A stretch of 64,000 nucleotides of DNA from an uncultured bacterium (GTDB taxonomy: Bacteria > Patescibacteriota > Minisyncoccia > UBA6257 > 2-01-FULL-56-20). The translations under genes were made by a program, and so were the position numbers. Under the pieces are notes generated by a model, which was not told where the DNA came from, did no database searches, and saw nothing but the letters and a program-made list of their open reading frames with translations. Each line of letters begins with the position of its first letter. Within the stretch, counting starts at the first letter, position 1. The stretch spans positions 80,748-144,747 of the forward strand of contig OY970175.1 of the NCBI GenBank assembly GCA_963707865.1. The letters run 5' to 3'. Shown piece by piece: positions 8,361 through 21,269 of this stretch.

Positions 8361-9212
8361 ATGGAAAATATGCCGGATACAACGCCGAAGGTGGCGATGG
8401 ATTCGCTGGATACGCTTTTTGCAGGGGCATGGCGTTTATATAAAACGCGTTTTTCGGTGCTCCTTAAGATCACGCTCGTCCCCGCAGTCCTCATCGTATT
8501 GGGGCAGCTCGCAATAAGTCGCAGAACGCCTACGGCGGAAGTGATCGGAGTACTCATTGGTTTTGTGGGATGGCTTACCTCCATCGTGGCATCGCTTGCG
8601 CTCATCGTGGCCGCCGCGCGCGACGCCAAAATGGAGGACGCGTACGGAACGGCCCTCAAGCTTTTCTTGCCATCGCTGTGGATCGCCATTCTTGAGGGCA
8701 TTGTCGTTATGGGAGGATTTGTACTCTTCATCATACCCGGCATTTTCGTCGCCATTGCGCTTGCGTTCGCAAATTTCGCGCTTGTGCTTGAGGACCGGCG
8801 CGGCATGCACGCGCTTGCGGAAAGCAGAGAATATGTTCGCGGCTATTGGTGGGCGATCCTCGGACGGAACATGCTTCTTGCGCTTATCTACGGTGCGCTC
8901 GTAATGCTTATCTACACTCCCTTTACGATTATCTTCGGGGGGCTCGTGGGCGGCATCGTGTACGGCTTGCTTCTCCTCGCCATCGTTCCTTTTGGAATTT
9001 GCTATTCTTACACGATCTATGAAAATTTGCGGTGTTTGAAACCGGCCGCTGCGGATGACGCCGCGCGCGCAAGCCGTACGTTCTTTATCGTGTGCATGGT
9101 GGTGGCACTCGTTGCGGCACTCGCGCTTATCGTGGCAATCGCGTTCCTTGTGCGACCCGCAGTTAGCGATCCGTATTGGTGGCCCAAGATGGGCACGTCT
9201 GGGAGCGTGTAG
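8361..9212 (+). CDS. Integral membrane protein (multi-pass), unknown function
   Basis: 284 aa from the ATG at 8361, with about 6 hydrophobic helices. Codon usage matches the host. It converges with tsaD. Confidence 0.5.
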   Translation: MENMPDTTPKVAMDSLDTLFAGAWRLYKTRFSVLLKITLVPAVLIVLGQLAISRRTPTAEVIGVLIGFVGWLTSIVASLALIVAAARDAKMEDAYGTALKLFLPSLWIAILEGIVVMGGFVLFIIPGIFVAIALAFANFALVLEDRRGMHALAESREYVRGYWWAILGRNMLLALIYGALVMLIYTPFTIIFGGLVGGIVYGLLLLAIVPFGICYSYTIYENLRCLKPAAADDAARASRTFFIVCMVVALVAALALIVAIAFLVRPAVSDPYWWPKMGTSGSV

Positions 9213-9216
9213 CCCG

Positions 9217-10287
9217 TTAAACCTCAAGCGTCCCGTTCGCCCGCAGAGGATATTTTTTCTTGCGGAGATAGGCCATGTAGCCCGCGGCGCCGACCATAGC
9301 GCCATTGTCCATGTTGTATTTGAAATCAGGTACGAAAAATTGTGCGCCAATGAGTCCCGCGGTGCGCGCGAGTGCGCGCCGTAAGTGTTTGTTCGCTGCG
9401 ACGCCGCCCGAAAGAAGGACGGACTCCGCCGCGCATTCCTCCGCGGCGCGGCGCGTCTTCGCAACAAGGACGTCCACGACGGCCTGTTCAAATCCGGCGG
9501 CGACGTCGGCCTTCTTCACTTTTCGTTTTGCAAGCTTCACGTCGCGCAAGTAATAAAGCACCGCGGTTTTCAAGCCGGAAAAGCTGAAGTCGTAATTTTT
9601 TTGGTCAAGCATGGGGCGCGGGAAGGTGATCGCGAAGGAATTGCCGCGCGCCGAAAGCTTTTCCACCTCCGGTCCGCCGGGATAGGGGAGATCCAAAAGG
9701 CGTGCCACTTTATCAAACGCCTCACCCGCCGCATCGTCACGCGTTTCGCCGAGCCGCCGCCATTTCGCAAACGATTCCATACGGAGAAGGATCGTGTGTC
9801 CGCCGGAAACGATGAGCGCCACGGCGGGGAATATTTTTTTAGGGAGTAAGGCCGATGCATAGGCCTTGGAAGACCGCGATGGCAAGAGAAAACTATAAAG
9901 ATGCCCTTCCAGATGATTCGCGCCCACGAGCGGGACTTTATATTCCTTTGCGAGTTCTTTCGCGAAGCCGATGCCGGTCCAGAGTGCGGGCTCTAGGCCG
10001 GGGCCGACCGTGACCGTGATAATGTCCGGTTTCAGGGCGTGGTGTTCTGCGCGCAGCGCCTTTTTCAGTTTTTCAAAAAGGATCGGCAGATTTTTCAAAT
10101 GCTCGCGCTTCGCGAGGTTCGGCACGACGCCGCCGAACGGCCGGTGGATCTTTATCTGTGAGGCGACAAGGTTGTGGAGTACTTTGAAGCGCGGTACGCT
10201 GCCGCTGCGCGGACGCAAACCGCCCGCCGCACGAAGGAGCGCGATCCCCGTTTCGTCGCACGAGGTTTCAATGGCAAGGACGTACAT
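9217..10287 (-). CDS. tsaD: tRNA N6-adenosine threonylcarbamoyltransferase TsaD (Kae1/Gcp)
   Basis: N-terminus MYVLAIETSCDETGIAL, plus the characteristic HLEGH and GGVAAN motifs. The protein is 356 aa. Confidence 0.9.
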   Translation of the reverse strand: MYVLAIETSCDETGIALLRAAGGLRPRSGSVPRFKVLHNLVASQIKIHRPFGGVVPNLAKREHLKNLPILFEKLKKALRAEHHALKPDIITVTVGPGLEPALWTGIGFAKELAKEYKVPLVGANHLEGHLYSFLLPSRSSKAYASALLPKKIFPAVALIVSGGHTILLRMESFAKWRRLGETRDDAAGEAFDKVARLLDLPYPGGPEVEKLSARGNSFAITFPRPMLDQKNYDFSFSGLKTAVLYYLRDVKLAKRKVKKADVAAGFEQAVVDVLVAKTRRAAEECAAESVLLSGGVAANKHLRRALARTAGLIGAQFFVPDFKYNMDNGAMVGAAGYMAYLRKKKYPLRANGTLEV

Positions 10288-10433
10288 AGTATGTGGTTAT
10301 ATCATGCGGCAGGAAGGCAGCTGACCGCAACCTGCGCCAACCCATCCTGCACCAAGCGGCACTTGACAGCCGTACTATAATATAAGAAAGGTCATTAAAA
10401 GGTCGTTGCTTTTCTAAAGATTTTACAAAGAAC

Positions 10434-10769
10434 ATGGACAATAAAGATAATCAAAGCGGTCACCCGGAGGGATGCAAGTGTTTTGCGTGCCACTGCGGGC
10501 GGTGCGGTTGCGGGCATTGGGGAGGTGGGTTTTCCTGGCTCCGGATCCTCCTCGCGGTTATCATCCTCGTCTTCGTGTTTGGGGTCGGTTTCAAGCTCGG
10601 CGAGCTCAAGAGTTCGTTTGAAAGATACGGCTCGCGCTCCGGTTACCACATGATGGGAGCGCCGTACTACACGGGTTCTCCAGCCCCCGGTATGATGGGG
10701 TGGCGCTACTATAATGGTGTGGTGAGCTCAACACCGCAGGCGACGGGAACGGCGCCGGCCGCGCAGTAA
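10434..10769 (+). CDS. Small membrane protein with Cys-rich N-terminus
   Basis: 111 aa. It has CKCFACHCGRCGCGHWGGG, one TM helix, and a Gly/Pro-rich tail. Confidence 0.35.
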   Translation: MDNKDNQSGHPEGCKCFACHCGRCGCGHWGGGFSWLRILLAVIILVFVFGVGFKLGELKSSFERYGSRSGYHMMGAPYYTGSPAPGMMGWRYYNGVVSSTPQATGTAPAAQ

Positions 10770-10777
10770 GAGTTGGA

Positions 10778-11317
10778 ATGAAAATTTTAGGCATCGTAGG
10801 GAGTTTACGGAAAGGGTCGCTGAATCGCATGCTCGTGAGGGTTATCCAAGAGCTCGTGCCCGAGGGGATGACGGTTGAGATCGCAGAGATCGGAAACTTG
10901 CCGCTCTACAATCAGGACCTTGAGGCGAGCTACCCGAAGGAAGCGCAGGAATTGAAGGATAAGATCCGCGCGGCGGACGGCGTGATCATCGCGACGCCGG
11001 AGTACAATCGTTCCGTTCCGGGCGTTTTGAAGAATGCTATTGACTGGACCTCGCGGCCGTACGGGCAAAGCGCCTGGCCGGGAAAAGTGGTCGCCGTCGT
11101 TGGCGCCTCGGGCGGCGCCATCGGCACCGCGGTCGCGCAATCACATCTGAAGCAGATACTGCTTCACCTTGACGCCCGCGTGATCGGCCAGCCGGAGTTC
11201 TTCCTCGGCGGTGCCGTGGCAAGATTTGATAAGGACGGGAAGCTCACCGACGAAACGACAAAGGAACACATTGCGAAGCTCCTCGGCGTGCTCGGGGAGA
11301 AGATTCGTCAAAAATAG
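10778..11317 (+). CDS. NAD(P)H-dependent FMN reductase family protein
   Basis: MKILGIVGSLRKGSLN...GVIIATPEYNRSVPGVLKNAIDW is the FMN_red family signature. Confidence 0.75.
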   Translation: MKILGIVGSLRKGSLNRMLVRVIQELVPEGMTVEIAEIGNLPLYNQDLEASYPKEAQELKDKIRAADGVIIATPEYNRSVPGVLKNAIDWTSRPYGQSAWPGKVVAVVGASGGAIGTAVAQSHLKQILLHLDARVIGQPEFFLGGAVARFDKDGKLTDETTKEHIAKLLGVLGEKIRQK

Positions 11318-11361
11318 CACGCGGTCGTTTTTCCTTGCGGAGGCGGCTTGGTTCTGTTAGT

Positions 11362-12075
11362 ATGACCCCTATGGATTTGTTGGTGCAAAAAAGGGAAAAA
11401 TTCGGGAAGCAGGTGAAAGTGCTCCGGAGGGAGGGCCTCATTCCTGCCGAGCTCTACGGTCACGGCCTTCCAAACACCCACCTTACGGTGCCGGCGAAGG
11501 ATTTTGGAAAAGCGTTCAAGGAGGCGGGCACGAATACGGTGATCACGCTTGTGGTTGATAAGGAGAAAAAGCCGGCGCTCATTTATGACGTTGTGCACAA
11601 TGCGCTGACGGGCGAGGTGGCGCACGTTGATTTTTATCAGGTGAGGATGGACGAAAAGATCAAAGCGAAGGTCCCGCTTGCATTCGTGGGTGAGTCGGCG
11701 GCGGTAAAAGAGAAGGGAGCGATCCTCAATAAATCAATGTCCGAAATTGAGGTAGAGGCGCTGCCGCGGGATTTGCCGCACAGTTTTGTCGTCAACCTTT
11801 CACTCCTTGATGATATCGGGAAGAGCGTGTACGTGCGCGACCTTGCAACGCCCAAGGGTGTGGAGTTGCTTATTGACGAGAATACGGCGATTGCGACGGC
11901 AAAGCCGCCCGCGCCGAAGGAGGAGGAAAAGCCAGTGGAGGAGGCGGTGCCGGATGTGTCTGCGGTGAAGGTGGAAACGGAGGAGAAAAAGGCGGAACGG
12001 GTAGCAGGGAAAACAGAGAGTGTGGAAAAGGAAGGAAAAAAGGAGGAGAAAACAGGGAAGCCCGATACCAAATAG
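11362..12075 (+). CDS. rplY: 50S ribosomal protein L25 / general stress protein Ctc
   Basis: L25 beta-barrel N-domain (REGLIPAELYG...) plus the Ctc C-domain, with a Lys/Glu-rich tail. The start is the ATG at 11362. Confidence 0.85.
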   Translation: MTPMDLLVQKREKFGKQVKVLRREGLIPAELYGHGLPNTHLTVPAKDFGKAFKEAGTNTVITLVVDKEKKPALIYDVVHNALTGEVAHVDFYQVRMDEKIKAKVPLAFVGESAAVKEKGAILNKSMSEIEVEALPRDLPHSFVVNLSLLDDIGKSVYVRDLATPKGVELLIDENTAIATAKPPAPKEEEKPVEEAVPDVSAVKVETEEKKAERVAGKTESVEKEGKKEEKTGKPDTK

Positions 12076-12101
12076 GCCCCGTTTCCGTTATACTGTGAGT
12101 A

Positions 12102-13571
12102 ATGCAAAGACCTTTGCGACCAAAGGTGCTGGGTGATGTCACGCCGCGGCAGGGAATGCACGAGGGGCGATGGAACGCATTTGGCGGGGTGCCCGCACGG
12201 ATCAATTTATCTTACAAAAAGACGCTGCAGCTTCCCGTCGTGAAGTTCTTCAAAGCGGCGGTCGCTTTCTGCGGGGCGATTTTTTTGGTCTTTGGTTCGG
12301 TCGTGGCGCCTGCCATTTTCACCCGCGCCTCGGGCGATGCGGCGACGGCCACCGACACGACGGCGGAGCGTGCCCAGCTGCAAGACCAACTCCAGCAGCT
12401 TGAGGCGCAGATCAACCAGTACGAGGGTCAGATTGCGAGCTACGAGAAGCAAGGGAATACGCTGAACGGTCAGATTTCCACGTTGAACGCCAAAATCGCG
12501 AAATTAAATTTACAGATCCAGGCGACCAACCTCACCATCTCGCAATTGAACGGTCAGATCGCGAACACCCAAACGCAGATTGCGACTACGCAGGCGGACA
12601 TCGTGAGCAAGAGAACGGCGATCGGAGGGCTCATGCAGAGTTTGTATGAGAACGATCAGGTGAACCTGCTCCAAATGTTTTTAAAGAACCCACACCTTTC
12701 GGATTTTTGGAACGATACCGAGAATATCACGCTTGTGCAGGATAATCTGCGCGTGACCGTGCAACAGGTTACGGATCTTCAAAACCAATTGCAAGACCAA
12801 GAACAGCAATTCCAAGCGTCCAAAGCGGACGCGGCGAGCGCGGCGGCGTACCAGCAGGCGCAGGCGAGCGAAGTATCGGGCGCGAAAAGCCAGAAATCGG
12901 AGCTTCTCGCGGAAACCAAAGGACAAGAAATAAAGTATCAGGCGCTCCTCGCACAAACAAAGGCCACGGCGGCGCAGATTAGGAACCGGATCTTCCAATT
13001 GTTGGGCGGGGGGCAACTTACCTTTGAGCAGGCGTATCAATACGCGAAACTTGCTTCAAGTGCGACAGGGATAGACCCCGCTTTTATCCTTGCGATTTTG
13101 GACCGCGAGTCGGCGTTGGGCGAGAACGTGGGGAAATGCGGCTACAAGACGGCGATGCGGCCCTCGGAAATTCCCGTTTTTCTTCAAATTACCCAGGCGC
13201 TCAATCTTGACCCGAATACAATGACGGTATCCTGCCCGAACGCGGATGGTGCGTACGGCGGCGCCATGGGACCGGCGCAATTCGTCCCTTCCACGTGGAT
13301 GTTGTATACGAACGAGGTGCAGAATATCACGAACGACAATCCTCCGTCGCCATGGAACAATGCGGATGCGTTCGCGGCGACGGCGCTTTACCTGCAGGAT
13401 GCGATGACCGGCTGCAAATCCGTCTATAGTTCCGCCGTGAGCCAGGAGCGGTGCACGGCGGCGAAGTATTACGCGGGAGGCCGCTGGAAGAACTATTTAT
13501 GGACCTATGGCGAGGCGGTCGTCACACGGGCGCAGAGCTTCGCGGACGACATTCAGACGATCACGTCATGA
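12102..13571 (+). CDS. Membrane-anchored lytic transglycosylase (MltB-like) with long N-terminal coiled coil
   Basis: The C-terminal GAMGPAQFVPSTW is the MltB/SLT family motif. A Q/N-rich heptad coiled coil of about 200 aa precedes it, and an N-terminal TM helix anchors it. The start may be at internal Met 12156. Confidence 0.6.
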   Translation: MQRPLRPKVLGDVTPRQGMHEGRWNAFGGVPARINLSYKKTLQLPVVKFFKAAVAFCGAIFLVFGSVVAPAIFTRASGDAATATDTTAERAQLQDQLQQLEAQINQYEGQIASYEKQGNTLNGQISTLNAKIAKLNLQIQATNLTISQLNGQIANTQTQIATTQADIVSKRTAIGGLMQSLYENDQVNLLQMFLKNPHLSDFWNDTENITLVQDNLRVTVQQVTDLQNQLQDQEQQFQASKADAASAAAYQQAQASEVSGAKSQKSELLAETKGQEIKYQALLAQTKATAAQIRNRIFQLLGGGQLTFEQAYQYAKLASSATGIDPAFILAILDRESALGENVGKCGYKTAMRPSEIPVFLQITQALNLDPNTMTVSCPNADGAYGGAMGPAQFVPSTWMLYTNEVQNITNDNPPSPWNNADAFAATALYLQDAMTGCKSVYSSAVSQERCTAAKYYAGGRWKNYLWTYGEAVVTRAQSFADDIQTITS

Positions 13572-14845
13572 AGCCCATAAAAAAGATCGTTCTCAAAAAC
13601 GGTTTGCGCCTGATCCTTGTGCCGCAGCCCTCGGGGCTCGCGGCAAGCGTTTTGATATTGGTGGAAGCCGGGTCAGAATACGAGACAAAAGACAAGAACG
13701 GCATCTCGCACTTTTTGGAGCACATGACCTTTAAGGGCACGGCACGCCGGCCGCAGGCCGGGATGATCGCCGAGGAGATTGCGGCCTTGGGTGCCCAGGC
13801 CAATGCGTTTACGACACAGGAGTTCACGGGCTATTGGGCAAAGGCAGAAGCGCGGAAGCTCCCCCAAATTCTTGATATCGTGACCGACCTCTATTTAAAT
13901 CCTATTTTAGCACCGGAGGAGATTGAGAAAGAACGGGGAGTGATCATTGAGGAAATGAACATGTATGAGGATATACCGATGCGGAGGGTAGGGGACGTGC
14001 TAAGTTTCCTCCTCTATGGCGACCAGCCAGCCGGATGGAAGGTGGATGGTGAAAAGGATATCATTAAAAAACTTTCGCGGAGAGATTTTGTCGCATACCG
14101 CAACGAACGATACGTGATGCCGGGAACGGTGGTGGTCGTTGCCGGAAAGTTCAACGAGAAAAAGGTGGTGAGCGAGGTGCGCCGCGCGTTCAGCGGGACT
14201 CCGCGGCGCCGCGTTCGGAGGAAAACGGAGACCTGTGAGCGCCAATCAAGGCCGCGACTTGCGGTGAAGTTCAAAAAATCCGATCAGGGACACCTCGCGT
14301 TCGGGTTCCGGGCGTTTAATATTCACGACCCACGGCGCTACGCGCTCCAGGTGCTCGTGGATATTCTCGGAGGGGGTATGAGTTCGCGGCTTTGGAAGCG
14401 CGTGCGCGAGGAGCTTGGCGCGGCATATTACGTGCAGGCAGAGGCCGATCTTTCCCTTGATCACGGCATGCTTGGAATATCCGCCGGCGCGGATCGCACG
14501 AGAATCGGGGCCGTCGTAGAAGCCATTCTTGCGGAATGTCGGAAACTGAGCAGGGAATCGGTTCCCGAAAAAGAACTTCAGAAATCAAAGGACCATCTTA
14601 TAGGAAGCCTTATCCTTGGCCTTGAGACCTCGGATGAACTCGGCAGTTTTTACGGGGGGCAGGAGATCCTTACGAAGGTCCTTTTGCCGCCGGAGCGAAT
14701 TATAGATAGAATAAAAGCGACGACGGCGGCGGAAGTGCGGTCGGTCGCCCGGACCATTTTCAGAAATCAAGGGCTCAATCTTGCCGTCATCGGGCCCTAC
14801 CGCAACCGAACCATGTTCAAAAAAATTCTCATGTTACCACGATGA
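13568..14845 (+). CDS. M16 family zinc peptidase (insulinase-like)
   Basis: HFLEHMTFKGT inverted zinc-binding motif (HxxEH). ATGA overlap with the upstream gene. Confidence 0.8.
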   Translation: MKPIKKIVLKNGLRLILVPQPSGLAASVLILVEAGSEYETKDKNGISHFLEHMTFKGTARRPQAGMIAEEIAALGAQANAFTTQEFTGYWAKAEARKLPQILDIVTDLYLNPILAPEEIEKERGVIIEEMNMYEDIPMRRVGDVLSFLLYGDQPAGWKVDGEKDIIKKLSRRDFVAYRNERYVMPGTVVVVAGKFNEKKVVSEVRRAFSGTPRRRVRRKTETCERQSRPRLAVKFKKSDQGHLAFGFRAFNIHDPRRYALQVLVDILGGGMSSRLWKRVREELGAAYYVQAEADLSLDHGMLGISAGADRTRIGAVVEAILAECRKLSRESVPEKELQKSKDHLIGSLILGLETSDELGSFYGGQEILTKVLLPPERIIDRIKATTAAEVRSVARTIFRNQGLNLAVIGPYRNRTMFKKILMLPR

Positions 14846-15855
14846 CGGAAAAACGCCTCTTTGAAATTTCCTGGGCAAGTTTGTGGCGAATACTTCTCTT
14901 TGTCGTTTTAGTCGCGATTTTGTACGAGGGAAGGCAGATCATCCTCGGACTTTTCCTTGCCATCATCATTTCTTCCGGCCTTGAGTGGTTTGTGGATATT
15001 CTTGAGCGTGCAGGACTCCCGCGCAGCGTGGGCGTGATCCTCATATTTCTCGTTGCGGTACTTTTACTTGTCTTTATCGTTTATTCCCTTGCGCCCGTCA
15101 TCATCGTGGAATTGAACACGATTTTCTCCGGCAGCGGGCAGGCAGCGGCTGGCAGCTGGGGGACGCTATTAAGCTTACGGGCATCGCAGTCCGTGAGTGG
15201 CTTCGTGAGCAAGTTTTCTTCATCACTTTTTGCAGGCAACACCTCGCCCTTGGATATCTTTTCCAATGCCGTGGGGAGCGTAGGGCTCGTTGTGGCCGTC
15301 ATTCTCTGCTCGTTTTATCTGAGCTTGAGCAGGGACGGGGTGGAGCGGTTCCTCCGGGTGGTCGTTCCGCCGTCGTATGAAGCGACGGCCCTCACCATCT
15401 ACGAACGCTCGCGAAAGCTCATCAGCTCGTGGTTCCGCACGCAGATCCTCTTAAGCTTCGTATTTGGATTTACGGTATGGGTCGGTCTCGCACTCCTCGG
15501 TGTGAAGTATAGTTTCCTTATCGCGTTCCTCGCGGGCATTTTTGAGCTCGTGCCGTTCGTGGGGCCGTTTCTTTCCGGCGCACTTGCCGTGATCTCGGCG
15601 CTCTCCACGTCCACGACGCTCGCGATCTACACGTTGATATTCTTCGTCATCGCCGAACAGTTTGAGGCAAATGTTCTTGTGCCGCTCCTGAACCAGCAGA
15701 TCGTGGGCATCCATCCGGTCATCGTGATCGTCGCATTGCTCATCGGCGCCGAGGTGGGCGGCATTTTGGGCATCATCATTTCGGTTCCTGCCGCAGGAAT
15801 TTTCCAGGAGGTCATTCGGGAGTGGTCAACCAAGCGGCGCAGCGTGGCGACATAG
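14842..15855 (+). CDS. AI-2E family transporter (PerM/UPF0118)
   Basis: About 8 TM helices with family-typical length and motifs. ATGA overlap with the upstream gene. Confidence 0.75.
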   Translation: MTEKRLFEISWASLWRILLFVVLVAILYEGRQIILGLFLAIIISSGLEWFVDILERAGLPRSVGVILIFLVAVLLLVFIVYSLAPVIIVELNTIFSGSGQAAAGSWGTLLSLRASQSVSGFVSKFSSSLFAGNTSPLDIFSNAVGSVGLVVAVILCSFYLSLSRDGVERFLRVVVPPSYEATALTIYERSRKLISSWFRTQILLSFVFGFTVWVGLALLGVKYSFLIAFLAGIFELVPFVGPFLSGALAVISALSTSTTLAIYTLIFFVIAEQFEANVLVPLLNQQIVGIHPVIVIVALLIGAEVGGILGIIISVPAAGIFQEVIREWSTKRRSVAT

Positions 15856-15863
15856 TTCTCAGC

Positions 15864-17294
15864 ATGGACCGATTTTACATTACGACCCCTATTTATTACG
15901 TGAATGATAAGCCGCATATTGGTACTGCGTATACCACAGTCGTCGCGGACATGCTTGCGCGGTGGCGGCGCACGTACGACGAGGACGTGTGCTTCCTCAC
16001 TGGCACCGATGAGTTCGCGCAGAAGACTGTAGATGCGGCAAAAAAGGCAGGAGAAGAAACGCAGGCGTACGCCGACCGGATGGCTGCGGTATGGCGCTCC
16101 ACGTGGGAAAAACTCGGCATCTCCAACACGGATTTCATCCGCACGACCGAGCCGAGGCACATGGAGGTTGTGCAGGAGATTTGGCGGCGCGTGCAGGCGG
16201 CGGGGGATATCTACAAGGGAAAATACGAAGGACTCTATTGCAAGGGCTGCGAGGCCTTCAAGAACGAGGATGAACTTGTAGACGGCCTCTGTCCGGACCA
16301 CAAGACGAAACCCGAGTTCGTGTCCGAGGAAAATTATTTCTTCTGCCTTTCCAATTATCAAAAAAGACTTTTGGATTTCTACGACACACAGAGTGATTTC
16401 GTGGTTCCCTCGTATCGCTTGAACGAAGTGAAAAGTTTCGTTGCGGCCGGGCTTGAGGATATCAGTATTTCCCGCGCGAAACGCTCGTGGGGGATCCCGG
16501 TGCCGGACGATCCGGGACAGGTGATCTACGTTTGGTTTGACGCGCTCGTCAATTACATTTCGGCGGTCGGCATTGAGGCATGGGAAGACCATCCGGCGGA
16601 CGTTCATGTGATGGCAAAAGACATCATCCGCTTCCACGCGGTGATCTGGCCCGCAATGCTCATGTCGGCGGGCCTGCCGCTTCCGGGGCAGATCGTCGCG
16701 CACGGGTTCTTAACCATGAATGGCGTGAAGATTTCCAAATCACTGGGCAATGTGATCAATCCACTGGATATCTCGGAAAAGTATGGAAACGACGCTCTCC
16801 GGTATTTCCTGCTCCGCGAGATACCGTTCGGGGAGGATGGAGATTTTTCGGAAGCGAAGGCGGGGGAACGCTACCGAAGCGACCTTGCGAACGGGCTGGG
16901 CAATTTTGCCGCACGCGTACTCGCGCTTGCGGAAAAAGAGGAGGAGCTTACTTGTGCATTGCCCAGCCACGAGTTTGAGCAGCGAATCGTGGACATGAAA
17001 CACGTTGTACACGAAAAGATTGGCGAGTATAAATTTTCGGAGGCGCTTGCGGCAATTTGGGCAGCGATCGCGTTCGGCGATCGCTACGTGGAAGAGAAAA
17101 AGATCTGGGAGATCAAGGATGAGGCGAAGCGGAGGCTCGTACTATGCAATCTCGTGCTGCTTTTAGAGAGCGTGGCCGAGGTGCTCGTACCATTTTTGCC
17201 GGATACCGCTCAGAAGATTCGCGCAGCCATTGTGCGAAAAGGAGAGATCTTCAATGCGAAGAAAACGGAAATTCTTTTCCCGCGGCTCAAATAA
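15864..17294 (+). CDS. metG: Methionyl-tRNA synthetase
   Basis: PIYYVNDKPHIGTAYT (HIGH region) and KISKSLGNVI (KMSKS). The start is the ATG at 15864. Confidence 0.9.
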   Translation: MDRFYITTPIYYVNDKPHIGTAYTTVVADMLARWRRTYDEDVCFLTGTDEFAQKTVDAAKKAGEETQAYADRMAAVWRSTWEKLGISNTDFIRTTEPRHMEVVQEIWRRVQAAGDIYKGKYEGLYCKGCEAFKNEDELVDGLCPDHKTKPEFVSEENYFFCLSNYQKRLLDFYDTQSDFVVPSYRLNEVKSFVAAGLEDISISRAKRSWGIPVPDDPGQVIYVWFDALVNYISAVGIEAWEDHPADVHVMAKDIIRFHAVIWPAMLMSAGLPLPGQIVAHGFLTMNGVKISKSLGNVINPLDISEKYGNDALRYFLLREIPFGEDGDFSEAKAGERYRSDLANGLGNFAARVLALAEKEEELTCALPSHEFEQRIVDMKHVVHEKIGEYKFSEALAAIWAAIAFGDRYVEEKKIWEIKDEAKRRLVLCNLVLLLESVAEVLVPFLPDTAQKIRAAIVRKGEIFNAKKTEILFPRLK

Positions 17295-17296
17295 CC

Positions 17297-18169
17297 ATGG
17301 AGTTTTTTGACGCGCATGCCCATGTGCAGTTTTCCGCATACGACGCCGACCGCGAGTCGGCGATCCAGCGTGCGGAGGACGCCCATGTGCGCGTGGTGAA
17401 CGTGGGCACCCAGCGTGACACCTCTGCGCGCGCCGTAGCGCTTGCGGAACAGCATGCCGGTTTCTACGCTGCGGTGGGACTCCATCCCATCCATACAAGC
17501 AAGTCCTATCACGATACGGATGAGCTTGGCGGGGGAGAAACGGCGAAAGCATTCATTTCCCGCGGCGAATCGTTTGACCCCGATCGTTACAAGGCGCTTG
17601 CCCTTCATCCGAAGACCGTTGCCATCGGGGAATGCGGGCTGGATTATTTTCGTTTCAATGAGAACGAGAGCCGCGAGGAGCAAATAGAAAGACAGAAAGC
17701 GGCGTTCCTCGCGCAGATAACATTCGCGCGCGAAGTGAAAAAGCCGCTCATGATCCATTGCCGCGACGCATTCGCGGACCTCATTCATTTATTGAAGGAG
17801 AGCGCATCCGGATTTCCCGCCAGCGGCCCCGGCGTCATCCATTTTTTTACCGGCACTGTCATTGATGCAAAACAATTGCTTGACCTCGGATTTTATTTCA
17901 CATTCGGCGGCGTGATCACGTTTCCGCCACGGAAAGGAAAAGCCGAAGGTGACTACGATGCGATCGTGAAAATGATCCCGGTAGATCGCCTGCTTTCCGA
18001 AACCGATGCGCCCTATGTCGCGCCCGTGCCCTATCGCGGCAAACGCAATGAACCCGCCTATATAGTTGAGGTGGTGAAAAAACTCGCCGAGCTCAAAAGT
18101 TTTTCCTTTGAAAAAATGGCGGAGCAGATTTTTCGGAATGCGCAGCGGGTTTTCAAGATAGAATCTTGA
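17297..18169 (+). CDS. TatD family metal-dependent hydrolase
   Basis: MEFFDAHAHVQF...GECGLDY...HCRDA...SETDAPY motifs. The start is 3 nt after the metG stop. Confidence 0.85.
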   Translation: MEFFDAHAHVQFSAYDADRESAIQRAEDAHVRVVNVGTQRDTSARAVALAEQHAGFYAAVGLHPIHTSKSYHDTDELGGGETAKAFISRGESFDPDRYKALALHPKTVAIGECGLDYFRFNENESREEQIERQKAAFLAQITFAREVKKPLMIHCRDAFADLIHLLKESASGFPASGPGVIHFFTGTVIDAKQLLDLGFYFTFGGVITFPPRKGKAEGDYDAIVKMIPVDRLLSETDAPYVAPVPYRGKRNEPAYIVEVVKKLAELKSFSFEKMAEQIFRNAQRVFKIES

Positions 18170-18332
18170 CTGGTAGAAGTTCTCATATTATCCTAAAAGA
18201 TGTTCCTTTTGGGCGTTTTTCTTAACCGGCCGCGCCGAGGCGGCGCGGCCCCGACCAAGTCCCCGCTGGTCTTTTACCAGCGGGGCACATTCTTTTCAAT
18301 GCTTGCGAATCGGTTTACAATGTGAAATATCT

Positions 18333-21268
<2,936 letters not shown>

Positions 21269-21269
<1 letters not shown>

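Noticed and set aside
8436-9491. 351-aa minus-strand ORF
   Set aside because: It is antisense to the membrane-protein gene and the start of tsaD, with an extreme Arg/His/Glu composition, so it is spurious.
15627-16703. 358-aa minus-strand ORF
   Set aside because: It lies antisense within metG, is rich in Arg/His, and has no motifs. It is a typical GC-rich antisense artefact.
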